Below are positions 8,091 through 12,432 of a stretch of 12,432 bases of DNA, piece after piece (position 1 is the first letter of the stretch; every line of letters starts with the position of its first letter). The notes under the pieces are model-generated. The model was not told the origin of the DNA. It ran no database searches and was given only the letters and a program-made list of their open reading frames with translations. The DNA comes from Candidatus Helarchaeota ASGARD archaeon Hel_GB_B (GTDB taxonomy: Archaea > Asgardarchaeota > Lokiarchaeia > Helarchaeales > HEL-GB-B). Position numbers and translations under genes: made by a program. The stretch is from positions 1 to 12,432 of the forward strand of contig SUPR01000096.1 of NCBI GenBank assembly GCA_005191425.1, written 5' to 3'.

Positions 8091-8978
8091 TTGCATTTTA
8101 CTTTAATTTGTAATAAAATTAGCTGGGAAGAAAAAGAGATCATAAAAGCTGCTCGTAAGAGGAATATAGAATACGACATAATTTTAAATCATGACTTAGT
8201 ACTTGACTTAGAAAAAGAGCATTTCGATACAGACATATTTCTACAGCGTTCATTGAGCTATTTTAGAGGATTATATATTAATGCAATTCTAGAAAACCAA
8301 GGATATAGGGTAATAAATTCGTTTCATTGCGCGCAAATTTGTGGAAATAAATTACTAACGACATTAGAATTAGTCAAAAATAAAATCCCAACACCAAAAG
8401 CCTATTGTGCATTTACAAAAAAGGGCGCTTTAGAAGCCTTAGAAAATTTAGGTTATCCTGCAGTAATTAAGCCAATAGTAGGTTCTTGGGGTAGATTAGT
8501 AGCACTTCTTAAGGACAGGGATTTTGCAGTTGCAGTTTTAGAAGATAGAGAAACATTAGGGCAACTGTATCATAAAATTTTTTACTTACAAAAATATATT
8601 TGGAAGCCAGCTAGGGATATTAGTGAATTTGTTTCCACTAGAGACGAGCCACCAAGAGATATTCGAGTTTTAACTATAGGTAATGAAGTAATAACTGCGA
8701 TGTATCGATATGAAATAAAGGATGATTGGAGGAGTACTGCAACATTAGGAGCTCGTAGTAAGCCATGTAAAGTTACACCCGAAATGGAGAAAATTGCCCT
8801 AAAGGCTGCAAAAATAGTAGACGGAGAAATTTTGGGCCTGGATTTAATGGAAACAGACAATGGTTATTTAATTCAAGAAATTAACCACACTTCAGGATTT
8901 AAAGCAGCCTCTTGGACGACAGGTACTGATATTGCAGGTAGGATTATTGAATATTTAATAAAAGAATGTAAAAAATGA
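8091..8978 (+). CDS. lysX: LysX/ArgX-type ATP-grasp ligase ([LysW]-glutamate or [LysW]-aminoadipate ligase)
   Basis: Motifs ISWEEKEII, CGNKLLT, VIKPIVGSWGRLV, RDIR, GLDLME and QEINHT. It is adjacent to lysW, with a TTG start and GTGAT upstream. Context with argGH favours an ArgX role, but specificity is not established. Confidence 0.93.
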   Translation: MHFTLICNKISWEEKEIIKAARKRNIEYDIILNHDLVLDLEKEHFDTDIFLQRSLSYFRGLYINAILENQGYRVINSFHCAQICGNKLLTTLELVKNKIPTPKAYCAFTKKGALEALENLGYPAVIKPIVGSWGRLVALLKDRDFAVAVLEDRETLGQLYHKIFYLQKYIWKPARDISEFVSTRDEPPRDIRVLTIGNEVITAMYRYEIKDDWRSTATLGARSKPCKVTPEMEKIALKAAKIVDGEILGLDLMETDNGYLIQEINHTSGFKAASWTTGTDIAGRIIEYLIKECKK

Positions 8979-8990
8979 AATGATGAAAAA

Positions 8991-9818
8991 ATGAGTATAG
9001 TTATCAAGTTAGGTGGTAAATTATTATCACAAGGAGAAATGTTCAATAATGTTATTATAGATATTGCAAATATAATTAAAAAGTCTAATAAAAAAATTGT
9101 TTTAGTCCATGGTGGTGGCCCGCAAATTAATCAAATGCTAGAAAAAATTGGTAAAAAACCCCGCATTGTGAAATCAGCTTCTGGAATGGAAAGTAGAATC
9201 ACAGATAGGGAAACTGTCGAAATTGCTCAAATGGTCATGGCAGGCAAATTAAATAAAGATCTGGTAGCAAAGTTTGAATCACTACAAATTAAAGCAGTAG
9301 GTTTATCTGGAATTGATGGCAGTTTAATTAAATCTAAGAGAAAAAATAATTTAAGAATAATAGACGAAAAGACAGGTAAAAAGATCGCTTTTCACGGCGA
9401 CTTTAGTGGGAATATTGAAGAGATTAATAGCTCGTTAATTGATTTATTATTGTCAAACAATTACCTTCCAATTATAGCTCCAATTGGGATCGGGCATGAA
9501 TTTGAACCATTAAATTTGGACGGCGATAGAACCGCAGGTCATATTGCATCTGCTTTAAAAGCGGAAACATTATTTCTTTTTACTGACGTGCCCGGGATAT
9601 TGATTAATGGTAAAATTATTGATAAATTAGGAAAAGAGGAAATTGAGTCTATTTTACCAAAAGTGGAAGGCGGGATGAGAAAAAAAGTTTATGCCGCAAA
9701 TGAAGCGCTTAAAATGGGGATTAAATCAGTATTTATAGGTTCCGGGCTAATAGAAAATCCAATTTCTTCAGTGTTAGATGGTCGGTCAGGCACAGAATTA
9801 TCTTGGAAATTTGTTTAA
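8991..9818 (+). CDS. lysZ: [LysW]-glutamate / [LysW]-aminoadipate kinase (LysZ/ArgB)
   Basis: Amino-acid kinase fold motifs VIKLGG, LVHGGG, SASGMESRITD, AVGLSGIDG, LNLDGDRTA, FTDVPG and GGMRKK. The LysZ-type GKKI..HGDFSG segment is present. Confidence 0.93.
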   Translation: MSIVIKLGGKLLSQGEMFNNVIIDIANIIKKSNKKIVLVHGGGPQINQMLEKIGKKPRIVKSASGMESRITDRETVEIAQMVMAGKLNKDLVAKFESLQIKAVGLSGIDGSLIKSKRKNNLRIIDEKTGKKIAFHGDFSGNIEEINSSLIDLLLSNNYLPIIAPIGIGHEFEPLNLDGDRTAGHIASALKAETLFLFTDVPGILINGKIIDKLGKEEIESILPKVEGGMRKKVYAANEALKMGIKSVFIGSGLIENPISSVLDGRSGTELSWKFV

Positions 9819-9835
9819 TAAAATAATAGGAACGA

Positions 9836-10951
9836 ATGATTTTGTTAGATGAAATTACATATATTAAATTATTAAAAGATGCATTAGAAATTTTTTCTCC
9901 TTCAGGAAAAGAAGAAGAGATGTCCCAATTTTTATTTAATTTGCTTCAAAAGCTTGGGTACTCAAATGTAAGGATAGACAGGATAGGTAATGTAATTGGT
10001 GAAATTGGTGAGAATAGACCAATTATTTTATTATCATCTCATTTAGATACAATTAATGACAACCTCCCTGTTTATGAAGATGATGAAAAATTATATGGAA
10101 GAGGTGCTGTAGATGCTAAAGGTCCATTGATGGCACTTTTACTTGGGGCATCAAAGTTTAGTAAAAAAAAATTGAATGGAAAAATAATTTTTGCAGGGAT
10201 TGTGCAAGAAGAAATTAGTACAAAAGGAATTGATGAATTCTTAAACAGTGGGGTTCAAGCAAACTATGCAATTTTTGCAGAACCAAATAATACAAACAAT
10301 ATTGTCGTTGCTTATAAAGGGAGGGCATTACTTCAAATAGTTATGAAATCAAAAAAGGGTTCAGGTCATCCAGCAAGTGCATGGTTATTTGATAATACTA
10401 TTGAACTTGCTCATTCATTTTATTTAAAAATTAAAGAGTTTTTTAATATCAATTACAGAGGTCGTACACCCTATTTTAGTGCAATACCTACAATTACTGA
10501 ATTCTACAGCTCCGAAGGGAAAAATGTCATTCCATCAAGAGCTAAATTTTATATTGACCTTAGATTTCCAATTGGTATTAATTTTAATGATTTAATTTCT
10601 GGTATCAATAAATTAAAAGAAGATTTTATTAAGTCAAATAATTGTATTATTGACATTGAAATTTTAAGCCTTGTATTACCATATTCAACGGACCCAAAAC
10701 AAATTTTTATCCAGAAATTATCAGAATCTATTGAAAAAGTTTTGAACGTCAAAAGTAAGTTAACAAGAAAAACTGGCACTACATTTATGAATGTTATAGG
10801 TAATAAATTAGGAATTCCAACAATAAGTATAGGGCCAGGAGACCCAAAGTTAGAACACACTAAAGAAGAATTCATTTATAAAAAAGATTTTTTAAATGAA
10901 ATTAAGATAATAGAGGATTTTATAGAAAATTTCTTAGGATTGCAAAATTGA
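9836..10951 (+). CDS. lysK: [LysW]-ornithine / [LysW]-lysine hydrolase (LysK/ArgE, M20 family)
   Basis: Motifs SPSGKE, HLDT, YGRGAVDAKGP, QEE, EP, RKTGT.MN and GPGDPKLEHT, with the M20 metal ligands present. It is the last gene of the lysW cluster. Confidence 0.9.
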   Translation: MILLDEITYIKLLKDALEIFSPSGKEEEMSQFLFNLLQKLGYSNVRIDRIGNVIGEIGENRPIILLSSHLDTINDNLPVYEDDEKLYGRGAVDAKGPLMALLLGASKFSKKKLNGKIIFAGIVQEEISTKGIDEFLNSGVQANYAIFAEPNNTNNIVVAYKGRALLQIVMKSKKGSGHPASAWLFDNTIELAHSFYLKIKEFFNINYRGRTPYFSAIPTITEFYSSEGKNVIPSRAKFYIDLRFPIGINFNDLISGINKLKEDFIKSNNCIIDIEILSLVLPYSTDPKQIFIQKLSESIEKVLNVKSKLTRKTGTTFMNVIGNKLGIPTISIGPGDPKLEHTKEEFIYKKDFLNEIKIIEDFIENFLGLQN

Positions 10952-11953
10952 AACTAGTAAACCTTTTTGTAAATGTAATCTATTTTCTGCTTGATCATAA
11001 ATAATTGAGTGGGCCCCATCACAAACAGAATCTGTTGCTATTACATTCCTTCTAATGGGCATACAATGCATAAAAAATGAATTTTTATTGGTCAAGTCCA
11101 TTAATTGGTCATTACATATCCAATTTTCCCTATATGGGATTCTAAGTTTCTTTTCTTTTTGAGGGTTGCCATACTCTTTTAATGAGCCCCAAGATTTTAC
11201 ATAAACAATATCTGCGCCGGCATATGCATCTTCTAAAGTATTTGTAATTTCAAATGAACTCCCATTTTTTGAAGCATTTTTTTTTGCAATATTAATTATT
11301 TTATCGTCTAGTTCAAAACCTGGTGGATGGACTAGTGTGACGTCCAGACCAAACCTTGTTGTCGCTAGTAAGGTAGAGTTAGGGACACTGACAGGTAAAG
11401 GTCTTGGATGATATGCCCAAGATATTACAAACTTTTTATTTTTAAGGTTATTCACTTTTTCTTTAATAGTCATAATATCAGATAGCGCTTGACATGGATG
11501 ATATAAGTCATCTTCAAAATTTATTATTGGTATTTCACTAAACTTTTCAAATTCCCTTATAATTCTATTAGCTTCACCATATTTCCATTTAACTACGTTA
11601 GGAAATATTCTAATTCCAATCGCATCGGCATACCGTGATAAAACTTTGGCAGTGTCCTTAATGCTTTCACTTTTTCTTCCAACCCAACTTTTATCTGCAT
11701 CAATATAAATTGCATGACCACCAAGCTGTGTCATTCCAACCTCAAATGAATTCCTGGTCCTTGTTGATGGGCTAAAAAATAACATAATAAGCGTATAACC
11801 TTCCAACTTTTTATGTATATTATATCTTCCCTTCTTAAATGTCTTTTTTAATTCAAATGCCTTATTTAAAACATACTCTAACTCATCTTTTGACCATTCT
11901 TGAGTTGTAATCAAACTTTTATTTTTTAAAAAGACCATTGACCTCACAATCAT
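10934..11953 (-). CDS. argF': N-acyl-ornithine carbamoyltransferase-like (ArgF'/AOTCase family), not a canonical OTCase
   Basis: Has the transcarbamylase motifs STRT and HPCQ plus AOTCase-type features RIFP..V.W, SWAYHPRPLPVSVPNS, YAGADIVYVKSWG, HCMPIRRN and AENRLH. It lacks the OTCase GDGxNN and DxWxSMG motifs. The likely start is ATG 11938, with GTGAGGT upstream. Confidence 0.88.
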   Translation of the reverse strand: MIVRSMVFLKNKSLITTQEWSKDELEYVLNKAFELKKTFKKGRYNIHKKLEGYTLIMLFFSPSTRTRNSFEVGMTQLGGHAIYIDADKSWVGRKSESIKDTAKVLSRYADAIGIRIFPNVVKWKYGEANRIIREFEKFSEIPIINFEDDLYHPCQALSDIMTIKEKVNNLKNKKFVISWAYHPRPLPVSVPNSTLLATTRFGLDVTLVHPPGFELDDKIINIAKKNASKNGSSFEITNTLEDAYAGADIVYVKSWGSLKEYGNPQKEKKLRIPYRENWICNDQLMDLTNKNSFFMHCMPIRRNVIATDSVCDGAHSIIYDQAENRLHLQKGLLVSILQS

Positions 11954-11977
11954 AACATGAATTGAAGTTATTAATTA

Positions 11978-12403
11978 TTACCATAATGCATCTTTTGTGC
12001 GTTGTTCAGGAGTATCTTCAAATATTTCTTTTATCATATCACCAAAATTACTAAAAATATTTGTATCACCATTCCAAGTATCAATAATATCTTGAAATTC
12101 TTTCTTAAACATATCTTCAACAAATTTTAAATTACTAATTATTAACTTGTTTTTAATTCCTTTTTTTGACCGCGATATAAACAGAATACCCTTGTAGCCT
12201 TGAAAGATCGTCAATTTTGAATCACCCATTATAATTGTTTTTAATTTCTTTTCACCTAATTGCTGAATAAAAGAATTAAGTGCACTAAAAAAGCCACCAA
12301 ATAACACTGGATCTATTTTATCTCCTTTAGTTAGGTTAAATAATGTAATTCCTGATGGATGTACAATCCAAATCTCTTCTATCATCCTCATTTTTTCAGC
12401 CAC
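11978..12403 (-). CDS. Stand-alone longin-like domain protein (Asgard-type eukaryotic signature protein)
   Basis: The pattern IWIVHPSGITLF...DPVLFGGFFSALNSF...I.MGDSKL...LFISRS...F.KEF...WNGDTNIFSNF resembles Asgard longin / sigma-adaptin-like domains. This is pattern recognition only. The start could be GTG 12403, ATG 12391 or ATG 12385. Confidence 0.7.
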   Translation of the reverse strand: MAEKMRMIEEIWIVHPSGITLFNLTKGDKIDPVLFGGFFSALNSFIQQLGEKKLKTIIMGDSKLTIFQGYKGILFISRSKKGIKNKLIISNLKFVEDMFKKEFQDIIDTWNGDTNIFSNFGDMIKEIFEDTPEQRTKDALW

Positions 12404-12432
12404 TTGTTTTTGTTCTAAAGATTCATTTCAAA

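Noticed and set aside
8091-8978. Calling the ligase RimK
   Set aside because: The GSWGRLV loop, the WEEK N-terminus and adjacency to lysW indicate LysX/ArgX despite some RimK-like residues.
8582-10875. Minus-strand ORFs 8582..8860 and 10549..10875
   Set aside because: Antisense to lysX and lysK. They do not resemble the missing ArgC or ArgD.
10934-11953. Calling the gene canonical argF, pyrB or ygeW
   Set aside because: It lacks the OTCase SMG loop and ATCase motifs. YHPRP and HCMPIRRN fit the AOTCase type better than YgeW (YSPSYGKP).

Overview
A strongly AT-rich archaeal window, most likely from an Asgard archaeon. This is inferred from a stand-alone longin-like protein, GTGAT/GGAGGT ribosome-binding motifs and a LysW carrier. 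The left part is a catabolic block: a truncated alpha/beta-hydrolase, a DUF2961/GH172 glycosidase, a thiolase, a creatininase-family amidohydrolase and a Zn-ribbon hypothetical. After a 723-bp AT-rich divergent spacer comes an arginine cluster: argG, argH, lysW (59 aa, TTG start, missed by the ORF track), lysX/argX, lysZ/argB and lysK/argE. The reductase (lysY/argC) and aminotransferase (lysJ/argD) genes are absent from the window. Converging on the cluster and overlapping it is a carbamoyltransferase of the N-acyl-ornithine type (ArgF'/AOTCase-like) rather than an ordinary OTCase, with a longin-like gene upstream on the same strand. Main hypothesis (inference): carbamoylation may occur on carrier-bound LysW-gamma-ornithine, a protein-carrier analogue of the N-acetyl- and N-succinyl-citrulline routes. 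No RNA genes, CRISPR arrays or mobile elements were seen. Motif comparisons with reference proteins are from memory and need checking by alignment.
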